The notes under the pieces were generated by a model that was not told the origin of the DNA, did no database searches, and saw nothing but the letters and a program-made list of their open reading frames with translations. From NCBI GenBank assembly GCA_025464585.1, contig JAODGL010000092.1:1-46927 (forward strand): a DNA stretch of 46,927 bases, written 5' to 3'. The DNA is from Methanosarcinales archaeon. GTDB lineage: Archaea; Halobacteriota; Syntropharchaeia; Alkanophagales; Methanospirareceae. The position numbers and the translations under genes were made by a program. Within the stretch, counting starts at the first letter, position 1. Every line of letters starts with the position of its first letter. This document shows positions 9,713 to 18,632 of this stretch, piece after piece.

Positions 9713-10006
9713 GATGAGATATTCTATCCTGATACCACTTCTTATCCTCTCCTTCCTGATAAATTCTCCTCGTCACCGATTGAATCCAGTTATCATGCGG
9801 TTTGAAGCTGGAGGAGCATGGTAGTCTGTGGGCTTTCATTAATATACTTGCAATGGAGAGCAGAGACCGCGACATTATTGGATTGTTTCATGTGGCAAAT
9901 GGATTGCATAAAAAGGAGAGGTATGGTTTTACTACTGATGAGAAAGGCATTGTCAGGAGAACTTGCCTACGTGGATATTGCGATTTGATAATTTATTATG
10001 CCCAAC

Positions 10007-11212
10007 TTAACGTTCTGACTTCATCAATTTATTGATGCTCCCTGTAATTGCCTTGCCAATTCTATCGCCGTGTTTGGCGAAGCCCGAACCCACGATTGAA
10101 AGAATGATTACATAAGCAACGATGAGCGAAACCAATAGCTCATAATTGCCCGTTCGCGTTCCGATTACCACAGCCAGCAGCACAATTGAAAACTCGCCCC
10201 TTGGCGTTGTATATGCCCCGACTCTTAACCCTGTTTCCAGCGAGCCGTGCAGTCGCTTTCCAATAAGTGCGCCGCTGATAAACTTCCCAGAGACAGACAG
10301 AGTTATGAGCGCGAAGAGTACGAGGATAAAATATGCTGAGAACAATGTTGCAAATTGGAATTGGAACATCATACCAAAGGAGAAGAAGAAAATGGTGAGG
10401 AACAAGTTCTTAAATGAAATGGTGGCTTCAAAGAGCTTCCTGGAGGACTTGACACCTGAGAGTGCAGAACCGAGGAAAAATGCAATAATCACTTCAGAGA
10501 TATGGCAAGGTAGCAAAATACTTAAGAGGTATGCGATTGCCGAAAATCCGAATATTAGTGCGAAAATAAGCAGTATCGGTATTTCATCGTCTCGCTCAAA
10601 TAGAGGTGAGATGAAGTTGCTCAGCCTTTTGATGAGAATAAAGGTGAATACAATGAGCAGCAAAGTCGTGGCTAAGCACACGGGAATCATGGCGAGGCTG
10701 CCAGCCATAATGGAAGTCAGCACCACGAGCAGGATTGCCAGTATTATGTCCTCGAAGACCATCAGCCACACCACAGTCTCTGCTTCCGGGTATATCAACC
10801 TCTTGTTCTCTATCAGCGAGGAGATGACTATTGCAGAACTGCTGATATAAACTGCGGATGCGAGTATAAACGTCTCTATCAGGCTCATGCCAATGAGGAG
10901 CCCCAGCGCAAATCCCGCGATGAAGTTCACTCCGAAGTCCGTGCAACCCGCAAATAACCTCCCCGGCTCTTTTATGCCCTTGAAATTGAACTCATACCCT
11001 ATATAGAACATCAGGAGGATTACACCGACCCTACCCAGCCACTGGATGAACTCGTATGACGCTTCAGAAGATATTAAGTCGAAGCCGCTCTTTCCGAGAA
11101 TTATTCCTGCAATTATGTACGCAGGAATCGCGGTTTGCCTCAGATATTTCGATGCCAGTCCAAGAACCAAGCAAGAGACCGTTACACTAGCTAAGTCCAC
11201 CAGAAAGGTCAT
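10007..11212 (-). CDS. Cation:proton antiporter, CPA2 family (KhtU/Kef-like membrane subunit)
   Basis: 401 aa, about 11-12 predicted TM helices, with an N-terminal GIILGKSGFDL motif typical of the Na+/H+ exchanger family. Lies 4 nt downstream of the KhtT-like gene. Confidence 0.85.
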   Translation of the reverse strand: MTFLVDLASVTVSCLVLGLASKYLRQTAIPAYIIAGIILGKSGFDLISSEASYEFIQWLGRVGVILLMFYIGYEFNFKGIKEPGRLFAGCTDFGVNFIAGFALGLLIGMSLIETFILASAVYISSSAIVISSLIENKRLIYPEAETVVWLMVFEDIILAILLVVLTSIMAGSLAMIPVCLATTLLLIVFTFILIKRLSNFISPLFERDDEIPILLIFALIFGFSAIAYLLSILLPCHISEVIIAFFLGSALSGVKSSRKLFEATISFKNLFLTIFFFSFGMMFQFQFATLFSAYFILVLFALITLSVSGKFISGALIGKRLHGSLETGLRVGAYTTPRGEFSIVLLAVVIGTRTGNYELLVSLIVAYVIILSIVGSGFAKHGDRIGKAITGSINKLMKSER

Positions 11213-11216
11213 CTAT

Positions 11217-11699
11217 CTAAACCTGTCCCAGAATCTCCCTCGCACATGCCTTTATTTGCTCTCGCTCACCCAGTGCCACTATCAGGTCTCCCTCTTCGAA
11301 GACCGTTTCCGGTGGCGGACTGATGATACTCTGCCCCTTTCTCGATAGAGCTATTATCGTGACGCCTGTCCTCTTTCTGATTGCCAAATCCTCGATGCTC
11401 TTTCCTACCATACCCTTTGTTACCGGACACACATGGATGTTTATTCTGAGGTCAGAAATATCGGAGAACGAGACCTCAACGTCCTCATGCTCTATTGTGA
11501 GTAACGCTCCGGTCAGAACGCTGCCGACACGTCGTGCTTCCTCCGGGGTCAGTCTTGTAACCGAGGGCTTCTCAGCTCCGGCTTCTAAAACATACAGTTC
11601 TATCTCACCGGTCGTTAAAAATATGACCGCTACTTTATCCCCTTTGGGACTTTCTATCTCATACTTCGTGCCTATTTCCGGAAGTTCAGAGATTCGCAT
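11217..11699 (-). CDS. Antiporter regulatory subunit, KhtT-like N-domain plus TrkA-C (RCK_C) domain
   Basis: 160 aa. MRISELPEIGTKYEIESPKGDKVAVIFLTTGEIELYV resembles the KhtT N-terminus. The C-terminal half (GKSIEDLAIRKRTGVTIIALSRKGQSI..PPPETVFEEGDLIVALG) is a TrkA-C fold. Confidence 0.8.
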   Translation of the reverse strand: MRISELPEIGTKYEIESPKGDKVAVIFLTTGEIELYVLEAGAEKPSVTRLTPEEARRVGSVLTGALLTIEHEDVEVSFSDISDLRINIHVCPVTKGMVGKSIEDLAIRKRTGVTIIALSRKGQSIISPPPETVFEEGDLIVALGEREQIKACAREILGQV

Positions 11700-11798
11700 T
11701 TATAACACCTGTTTTTATTTAAATATCATGGGCAAAGGATATATTTTTAAGTTAACAGTTATATTTAGTGAAAAAGAGGGTTTGCATCAAGAATAAAA

Positions 11799-13034
11799 AT
11801 GACGAAGAACACGATATACATCATTGACGTCACGAACAGGGATGGAGTGCAGACATCGAGATTGGGATTGGCGAAGTTAGAGAAGACGTTGCTGAACCTT
11901 TACCTGGATGAGGCAGGCATCTTCCAGAGTGAATTCGGTTTTCCGGTCACGAGACACGAAACGAACTATTTGAATGCTAATCTGGCGTTAGCCGAGATAG
12001 GAGCTCTGAAACGCATTCGCCTCAGCGGGTGGTTGAGAGCAATAAAGGGAGATGTAGAAGAAGCTTTTCGATTGGTGCCGAAACTGAAACACGTTAATTT
12101 GAGTATATCCACCTCCAAACAGATGATAGAGGGCAAATTCATGGGCAAATTCAACTGGGAGGACATAATAAAAGAGATGTGTGAGGCGGTTGATGCAGCG
12201 AGAGCATACGGAGCAGAGACTATTGGTGTCAATGCAGAAGATGCTTCGAGAACAGAACTTGAACGGCTGATAGAATTTGCCAAAGCAGCAAAACAGCATG
12301 GAGCAGACCGGATAAGATACTGTGACACACTCGGTTATGACGACCCGTTCACCATCTATGAGCGAGTAAAAAAACTCGCGGAGGCGGTGTGTATTCCCAT
12401 CGAACTGCACTGCCATAATGATTTAGGGATGGCGGTTGCATGCTCAGTTGCAGGAGCAAAAGCAGCAATAGACGTAGGTGTTGACACGTACATCAACACT
12501 ACGATTAACGGAATGGGCGAGCGAGCCGGCAATGCAGACCTGGTCTCCACAATACTTGCGATAAAGAAAGCGAGTGGTTTTAAAGACAAATACCAATTAC
12601 AGGATATTGATTTAAGCCAGGCGTGGAAGATATGCAAATACGCTTCTCTCTCTTTTAGAGTCCCTATTCCAGTAAACCAGCCTGCGATCGGTGATAACGC
12701 CTTTGCGCATGAATCCGGAATACACGCTGACGGCACGTTGAAGGACAGCAGAAATTATGAACTGTATGATTATACCGAGGTCGGCAGGGGACATATCGAG
12801 CAGATTGAGACTGGCAGGCTGATAACAACGGGTGAATACTCGGGAATAAAAGGGTTCAAGAACGTGGCAGGAAAATATAAGCTGAAATTTCGCGATGATG
12901 CAGAAGCTCGTAAGATATTGGAACTCGTTAGGTATGCGAACGTACACACGCAGAAGCCAGTTACTGAGGACGAGATGAAGTTCATTGCAAAATATCCTGA
13001 ATATGCAAGGAGAATTATGTCGGTAGAACCATAA
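11799..13034 (+). CDS. HMGL-like / DRE-TIM acyl-CoA:2-oxoacid condensing enzyme (homocitrate / isopropylmalate / citramalate synthase family)
   Basis: 411 aa. N-terminal IIDVTNRDGVQTS (a variant of the canonical DTTLRDGEQ), HCHNDLGMAVA, INGMGERAGNADL, AFAHESGIHADG. Specificity cannot be read from the sequence. Confidence 0.75.
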   Translation: MTKNTIYIIDVTNRDGVQTSRLGLAKLEKTLLNLYLDEAGIFQSEFGFPVTRHETNYLNANLALAEIGALKRIRLSGWLRAIKGDVEEAFRLVPKLKHVNLSISTSKQMIEGKFMGKFNWEDIIKEMCEAVDAARAYGAETIGVNAEDASRTELERLIEFAKAAKQHGADRIRYCDTLGYDDPFTIYERVKKLAEAVCIPIELHCHNDLGMAVACSVAGAKAAIDVGVDTYINTTINGMGERAGNADLVSTILAIKKASGFKDKYQLQDIDLSQAWKICKYASLSFRVPIPVNQPAIGDNAFAHESGIHADGTLKDSRNYELYDYTEVGRGHIEQIETGRLITTGEYSGIKGFKNVAGKYKLKFRDDAEARKILELVRYANVHTQKPVTEDEMKFIAKYPEYARRIMSVEP

Positions 13035-13040
13035 ACGAAT

Positions 13041-14084
13041 ATGCCCAGGTACAACATCAACTGGAACATTACGCGCGAGTGTAATCTGCGCTGTAAACAC
13101 TGCTACTACGAAGCAGGCACGTCGTTAGAGGATGAGCTCAGCACAGATGAATCCCTTGCACTCATAGACGAAATAGCGAACGTATTTGGCGACAAAGCGA
13201 GCATCACATTTGGCGGTGGAGAAGCATTACTGAGAAAGGACTTATTTGACCTCCTTTCTTATGGTAAAGAGCGAGGTTTGCACCTCGTGCTCGCATCAAA
13301 CGGAACATTGCTCAACGAAGAAGTCGCTGCTCGTTTAAAAAACGTGGGTGTCGAAGATGTCATAATACCAATTGACGGCACTCAAAAGACACATGACGCA
13401 ATAAGAGGAGAAGGCGTCTTTGAGAAGGCGACCAAAAGCGCAAGAGCGGTTAGAAATGCGGGATTGAGCCTGGTGATTGACCCCTGTATAATGAAACAGA
13501 ACGAAGGAGAGATTGGGAAGATTATTGACATAGCTGAGAATCTGGGTGCGAGGCAGTGCAGGTTCTTTCATTACGTCTCGATGGGCAGGGGAAAGGAAGT
13601 AATGCCAGATAGTGAACTCGGCAGTGTCCAATACGCAGAAAACATGATGCAGCTATATGAAGAACAGAACAAAAGAAGAGCACTCGAAATCTGCACGACT
13701 CAGGCATGCCAGTACTGGGTGGTACTGAAAAGGAAAGAAGAAGAAGGGCTCTTCGTTCCCGATTTCTTTTATACCGAGACTCCCGGCTGTCGAGCTGCTA
13801 TCGGTATGCTTTCTATCAAGCCGAATGGCGATGTCGTGCCGTGTCCGCTGTTAGAAGTAAAAGCAGGAAATGTCCGTGAGATGAGTCTTCGTGAGTTACT
13901 GAACTCGAAAGTCTTTCTTGAACTGAGAAATCGTGAGGTGAAGGGCAAGTGTGCAGAGTGCAAATATAAAGATATTTGTGGTGGATGCCGTGTAAGGGCA
14001 TATCTCCATTCCGGCGATTATATGGCAGAAGACCCTTTATGCAGCGAGTTCTTTTTTGAAAGAGCATTCTTGAATAGCGAATAG
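13041..14084 (+). CDS. Radical SAM enzyme with C-terminal SPASM domain (AhbD/NirJ-like)
   Basis: 347 aa. CNLRCKHC (CX3CX2C) at the N-terminus, GGEALL, C-terminal Cys cluster (GCRAA..VVPCP..CAECKYKDICGGCRVRA..DPLC). Starts 6 nt after the HMGL-like gene. Confidence 0.85.
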   Translation: MPRYNINWNITRECNLRCKHCYYEAGTSLEDELSTDESLALIDEIANVFGDKASITFGGGEALLRKDLFDLLSYGKERGLHLVLASNGTLLNEEVAARLKNVGVEDVIIPIDGTQKTHDAIRGEGVFEKATKSARAVRNAGLSLVIDPCIMKQNEGEIGKIIDIAENLGARQCRFFHYVSMGRGKEVMPDSELGSVQYAENMMQLYEEQNKRRALEICTTQACQYWVVLKRKEEEGLFVPDFFYTETPGCRAAIGMLSIKPNGDVVPCPLLEVKAGNVREMSLRELLNSKVFLELRNREVKGKCAECKYKDICGGCRVRAYLHSGDYMAEDPLCSEFFFERAFLNSE

Positions 14085-14090
14085 CGTAAC

Positions 14091-14105
14091 TTATATATTT
14101 AAATA
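14091..14105 (+). promoter_or_regulatory. TATA-box-like element (TTATATATTTAAATA) upstream of the three-gene tubulin-like module
   Basis: Lies about 60-70 nt upstream of the ATG at 14164. A purine-rich GAGAGAGAGG Shine-Dalgarno-like stretch sits at 14146-14155. Confidence 0.3.
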
Positions 14106-14163
14106 CTCCGAAATTTAATAACTCATAGAAATAAATATTTTAAAAGAGAGAGAGGTATCAGAT

Positions 14164-14604
14164 ATGGAACCCTCGAGCATAGGGATATTGATTATTGCTA
14201 TATTGCTAATCATAGAAGTAGTGGTGATGCTGACAAAGTTAAAAGTGGACAAGATGCTTCTTCTTATGCCCGTCATCGGTGTAATATTCGCCGTTATCTC
14301 CTTTGCGTTGAATGAATACCGGGATAAGATTCTTTCCTCTTTATCTGATTCTGCTTCTTACGCCGTGATATATATTACAATAGCAGTAGGAGTTGTATTT
14401 GGATTATTTGGTGTCTCAGTGTGGTTCAAAGGAGAGAAAGAAGCAAGAAGGCTTGCTTCAGCGGCAAAAAGCATAGATAGCACGGTTGCGGGGATTGAAA
14501 GCGATATAAGAGGGAGCGGGATGGAATTAGAGCATTTTGATGATGAGATGAGCGGTATTAAAAAGAAGGTAGAAGATTACGAATCGAAAGAGAAGGGGGT
14601 ATAA
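14164..14604 (+). CDS. Small polytopic membrane protein (3 TM helices) with a charged helical C-terminal tail
   Basis: 146 aa. Hydrophobic segments at about residues 5-24, 31-49 and 65-87, followed by KGEKEARRLASAAKSIDSTVAGIESDIRGSGMELEHFDDEMSGIKKKVEDYESKEKGV. First gene of the module. No homology recognised. Confidence 0.6.
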   Translation: MEPSSIGILIIAILLIIEVVVMLTKLKVDKMLLLMPVIGVIFAVISFALNEYRDKILSSLSDSASYAVIYITIAVGVVFGLFGVSVWFKGEKEARRLASAAKSIDSTVAGIESDIRGSGMELEHFDDEMSGIKKKVEDYESKEKGV

Positions 14605-14654
14605 ACATGAAAATCAAGGTATTGATCAATTACAGGAGGCATGTTGTTTGAGGT

Positions 14655-17357
14655 ATGGAAAAAGGAGAAGATACGGTAAATCGGATTGTAATTGGCATTG
14701 GGGGGCAGGGAAGTATTATTGTAAATAATATATTGCGAATGCTGAAGTTCAAAACAGGGAAAGTGCCGAAGAACGAGGAGTTCCTGATTATAGATACTGA
14801 CCAGGCATCTGCAAACGCATGCAGCGAAGTAGAAGAGAGAAAAAAGATAATTCTCAACAGACCGGATACGATTTTGATGCGGAACACCAATAGATGGCTT
14901 CCTGACCCTTATCTCTCGGCTGCCGGTGCTGGATGTGGACAACATCGAATATATGGCAGAGCGATGTACAATGTGCATCGAGAGAGGATATTCAGTGCGA
15001 TAGGTTCTTCGGCGTCAGAATTGAGAAACAGAACAGGAGGTAAGGACTTTTTCATTCTGATGGTGTGCGCATTCGGGGGGGGAACGGGGTCGAGTATGCT
15101 CCTCGATGTTGCCATTGACATACGCGATTGGATATCGAAACAGTTTGGGTCTGAGCCGGTGATGTTTGGAATTGGAATTCTACCCTCGAGCAAAGAATCC
15201 GTGCTTCCTACGGGTAATGCCCTCGGTGCGATGAAAGAACTTCATTTCCTTATGTCCCATACTGAAGACATCATAATAGATGACAAGAATTATTCTAATC
15301 CATTCAAATTATTCTTCCTTTTAGGCAGAGACCTTCAAGGGCAGAACCGGGATGAGGAACTGGAAAGGGCGATACCGAGGTTCCTTCTCGACCTCGGATT
15401 CCTGCCTGGTGGAACGGTAGAAACGAAAGGTAAGTGGCTCGACCTCAATGACCTTCAGAACAGAGCGAGGGGTTACGAAAACAGGTTTGATTCCCTTGGT
15501 TACTACGAGTGCGTTTTTCCTACTGAGAAATTGTTTTTGTACTATGATATTGAGGATGAGATACCGCGGGTAAGACAGCGATTGGTAGAGATAGAGGCAA
15601 AAATATCGGATATAAGGGGGAAAATAGACTCACAAAGGGGGGAATTGGAAAGGTTTGAGGGGAGGATAAAGGACGTTCAGCGAGAGATAGATAGTTACGA
15701 ATCGTCAGCAGGAATGTTTTCTCACGTGAATGCTGCTTTAACTGCGGATGCAAAGGCGAAACTGGATAGGGCGAGGAAGAAATTATCTGGCTTGAAGGAG
15801 GAGGTGTACGACCTTGAGATAAGGGCAAGCGACGCAGAGGAGGAGAAAAGACTGGCAGAGCGTAATTTAGAACGTCTTGAAGCGCTTAAGAACAAGCTCT
15901 TCCGGGAGATAACTTCGCCGCTGAACACCAGGAGTTATCACCAGATAGAACTATCAGAAGAGGAGATAAGAAGCTTGAAGCGAAGCAGAGAAGACCTGAA
16001 AAATCTTTCCTTCTTTGAGATTATGAAAAAACTCGACCGTGAAGAAGAGTACTTCCGGTGGACGCATTCACCGATTAATGAAGGCGACATCATATTCAAT
16101 CCGATGGTGAACTACCGTCATTCGATAGGGAATGCCATGGAGTCAAAATATATAGACATCCTTCATGATTACGGATTCCTGTCGCTGGATACACAGGGGA
16201 ACGTGGTGAACGAGGAGGAGAAGTTCGGGCACTTCATCGCGGTGTTGAGCACAAGGGCGGACAATTTTGATGACGCGAGGCTTGGCGGGGGGGCATTTAA
16301 GAGCATGGTGACAGAAAGATTTACAAAGGATGCAGACGTCCTGAAACTGGATACACCAGCACGTGCACACAGCTTTGCCATGTACACGCTTATGATTGGC
16401 GTTCAACCATGGGCGCCTGGTCCGGGTCTTCCGCCACGACTGCGTGAATTGGAATGGCTTGAGCGTGCGTATAATGCGAGCGATTTCTCTAAACTGCCGC
16501 GGCACCATTCCCTTTTCTACGGAACCCCAAAGCCATTCTCAATCATCACTGGGATACCATACATACCGGGTGCAGAGGAAAAAAACAGGGATATGGTAAC
16601 GAATTACTGGAAGGATTACGAGATAATTGAGCCTGAAGCAATATGGAACAATGTCCCCATCGTGCTTGCACAGTGTCTGAAGATGTTCGATGATTTACTA
16701 ACGGGTCTGGATATGGCAGAGGACATAAAAAATGTCCGAATCCCGGACCCGGATAGCTACTCAATAGCAAATCTTACAATGCTGGTTCACGGGCTTGAAA
16801 ACGCGAGTAAAAGCATGGCAAAGGTGACGCGATGGACCAGAGAGGCAGAGAGAGGATTTACGCTATTGAAAAACGAGCTTGATGAATTGATATTTAAATT
16901 AAAAGGGATGGAGGGGGTACCATCAAAAGATAAAGCAGCGAAAATGTTGAGGATGATAGATGACTCATCAAGAAATATGGAGATATTGCTTGACCGGATT
17001 GAAGACCTATCGAACAGGTTTGGTAATGATATAAAATCAGTCATAGAAAAAGCGATGGTTTTCTTAGGCAGAATACCTTCTGAAGAGACCACCTCAAGCG
17101 TGATAAGACATCTAACGAAGGCAGAATCAGAGATTTCGAAGCTAAGAGAAGACAGTATGAAGGCGGCAAAGGGGATAAAAGAGATGGGCGGACCACTCGC
17201 AGCGATGTTATCCTCGCTGAAAGAATTGAAAAAGATAACGGAATCAGGTGAATCAGAAGCTGAGGCAGAAGCTGGTGCGGAGAGGAAAGAGAAGATGAAG
17301 AATGTGGAGCTGCCTGATTTATCACTGAATATTGGAAGGGGAGAAGAAGGAGAATGA
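14655..17357 (+). CDS. Tubulin/FtsZ-superfamily GTPase domain protein with long coiled-coil C-terminal extension
   Basis: 900 aa. T1 loop VIGIGGQGS (residues 12-20), LIIDTD, GAGCGQHRIYGRA, tubulin signature AFGGGTGSS (residues 139-147, nt 15075-15095 for GGGTGSS), GIGILPSSKES..GNALGAMKEL, T7-like WLDLNDL (nt 15435-15455). Residues about 300-445 and 705-860 are heptad-like and E/K/R-rich. Confidence 0.85.
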   Translation: MEKGEDTVNRIVIGIGGQGSIIVNNILRMLKFKTGKVPKNEEFLIIDTDQASANACSEVEERKKIILNRPDTILMRNTNRWLPDPYLSAAGAGCGQHRIYGRAMYNVHRERIFSAIGSSASELRNRTGGKDFFILMVCAFGGGTGSSMLLDVAIDIRDWISKQFGSEPVMFGIGILPSSKESVLPTGNALGAMKELHFLMSHTEDIIIDDKNYSNPFKLFFLLGRDLQGQNRDEELERAIPRFLLDLGFLPGGTVETKGKWLDLNDLQNRARGYENRFDSLGYYECVFPTEKLFLYYDIEDEIPRVRQRLVEIEAKISDIRGKIDSQRGELERFEGRIKDVQREIDSYESSAGMFSHVNAALTADAKAKLDRARKKLSGLKEEVYDLEIRASDAEEEKRLAERNLERLEALKNKLFREITSPLNTRSYHQIELSEEEIRSLKRSREDLKNLSFFEIMKKLDREEEYFRWTHSPINEGDIIFNPMVNYRHSIGNAMESKYIDILHDYGFLSLDTQGNVVNEEEKFGHFIAVLSTRADNFDDARLGGGAFKSMVTERFTKDADVLKLDTPARAHSFAMYTLMIGVQPWAPGPGLPPRLRELEWLERAYNASDFSKLPRHHSLFYGTPKPFSIITGIPYIPGAEEKNRDMVTNYWKDYEIIEPEAIWNNVPIVLAQCLKMFDDLLTGLDMAEDIKNVRIPDPDSYSIANLTMLVHGLENASKSMAKVTRWTREAERGFTLLKNELDELIFKLKGMEGVPSKDKAAKMLRMIDDSSRNMEILLDRIEDLSNRFGNDIKSVIEKAMVFLGRIPSEETTSSVIRHLTKAESEISKLREDSMKAAKGIKEMGGPLAAMLSSLKELKKITESGESEAEAEAGAERKEKMKNVELPDLSLNIGRGEEGE

Positions 17358-18409
17358 GACGTTTATTTTATGCTTCACTTGTTGTTCTGGTACTCGCACT
17401 ATTAATTTTATCCGCAGGAATTGCATCAGCTCAGCAGGATGTGCTGAGGCTGAATGCAGACAAATCATATGTCATCAATTTAGATACCGGTGGTACTAAG
17501 ACATACTATATAGATTTTTTGAATACCGACCAATTTGAGGGCCATAAACTCGAATTCACCATTTATGTGAACAAGGTCGAGAAGGCATATATTCCGGATG
17601 AATATGTGTTGAAACTGGAGACAAACATGGAGAATCCGGAATGGAAGTTCGGTGATGAGATTCTCTCTGCGGCAGAGTGGATAGTGTGGAAGGGGAAGGA
17701 GGAGCATGAGTATGAGCGCATGACAATCTTAGTAACAGGGGAGGTCCCAAAGCCAATAATTCCGGTAGAAGAGCCGGGATTCGAGGCATACAAAGAAACA
17801 AAAGGAATTGGAAAGCGAGAAGTGTATGTCAAATTAACGGTGGGAACGACGAAGGATGGAGCGACATTAGAGAGGATTATACAGCCGTTGGAGCCTTCAA
17901 TGAAGTTCTTCTCGACGAGTGAAGGGATTCAGGATGCGAAGACCGAAATGGATAAAAATTTGGAAGAGGCAAGGGGTAAGATTGGTGGAACCGATTTGGA
18001 AGAGGATATACGCAAGCTCTATGAAGGAGGGCATCCGGGTTGGGCATCAAAGTTATCAGAACATTATAAGGAGCTATCTGTCGCGGCTGAGCCGCCTCCT
18101 ATCACTCTTTATGTCATCCTGTCGGTGATATTAGGTTTGATACTGGGTTCGGCATTCGTATATGTGTATGTATCAAGAGGAGGAGGAAAAGGAGTGGACG
18201 TGAGTCAGATTTCAGCGGAGTTGGATGAGACTTCGGGTCGAATAGAGGAGAAATCGAGTTCAATCAATGCAATATCAACGCGGTTTGCGAGGAGTGAGGA
18301 TGAAGAGAAGAGGGGTGTTGCAAGAGAGCTGATACGGATAAGGGCGAGTTTGAATGAGATTTCGAATGAGATAAGGACGATTGCAGATAGGATTAAGGGT
18401 TCACGGTAA
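17354..18409 (+). CDS. Bitopic membrane protein: signal peptide, ~220-aa extracellular domain, TM helix, cytoplasmic coiled-coil tail
   Basis: 351 aa. MRRLFYASLVVLVLALLILSAGIASA|QQ signal-like N-terminus. TM at residues 249-273 (nt 18098-18172). C-terminal SQISAELDETSGRIEEK...ARELIRIRASLNEISNEIRTIADRIKG. ATGA overlap with the stop of the 900-aa gene. Confidence 0.8.
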   Translation: MRRLFYASLVVLVLALLILSAGIASAQQDVLRLNADKSYVINLDTGGTKTYYIDFLNTDQFEGHKLEFTIYVNKVEKAYIPDEYVLKLETNMENPEWKFGDEILSAAEWIVWKGKEEHEYERMTILVTGEVPKPIIPVEEPGFEAYKETKGIGKREVYVKLTVGTTKDGATLERIIQPLEPSMKFFSTSEGIQDAKTEMDKNLEEARGKIGGTDLEEDIRKLYEGGHPGWASKLSEHYKELSVAAEPPPITLYVILSVILGLILGSAFVYVYVSRGGGKGVDVSQISAELDETSGRIEEKSSSINAISTRFARSEDEEKRGVARELIRIRASLNEISNEIRTIADRIKGSR

Positions 18410-18632
18410 ACCCGTTCTGATTTATTGAGTCATTAAAACAGATAAGAGTGGATATAAGAAGCTCTAAAGAAAAATTGGGTAACTTTTAACCCCCGACGAT
18501 AAACTTGATGTTTGTTTGACTGTTCTTAAACAACTAGAATCACAAATTAGAGCGGACTATACAGAATACATCAATGTAGGCGATTATTCAGACCAAGAAT
18601 TTGGCGTTTGGGTCATATAACACGGAAGGATG

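Noticed and set aside
9934-10017. Possible C/D-box sRNA (CTGATGAG ... TCTGAC) in the spacer between the T2SSF-like gene and the antiporter gene
   Set aside because: The box spacing (~80 nt) is too long for archaeal C/D sRNAs. No convincing internal D'/C' boxes or terminal stem are present, and the D-like box lies inside the antiporter gene's 3' end.
10146-10850. 234-aa plus-strand ORF inside the CPA2 antiporter gene
   Set aside because: Antisense shadow of a hydrophobic membrane protein gene, with no motif and no plausible start context.
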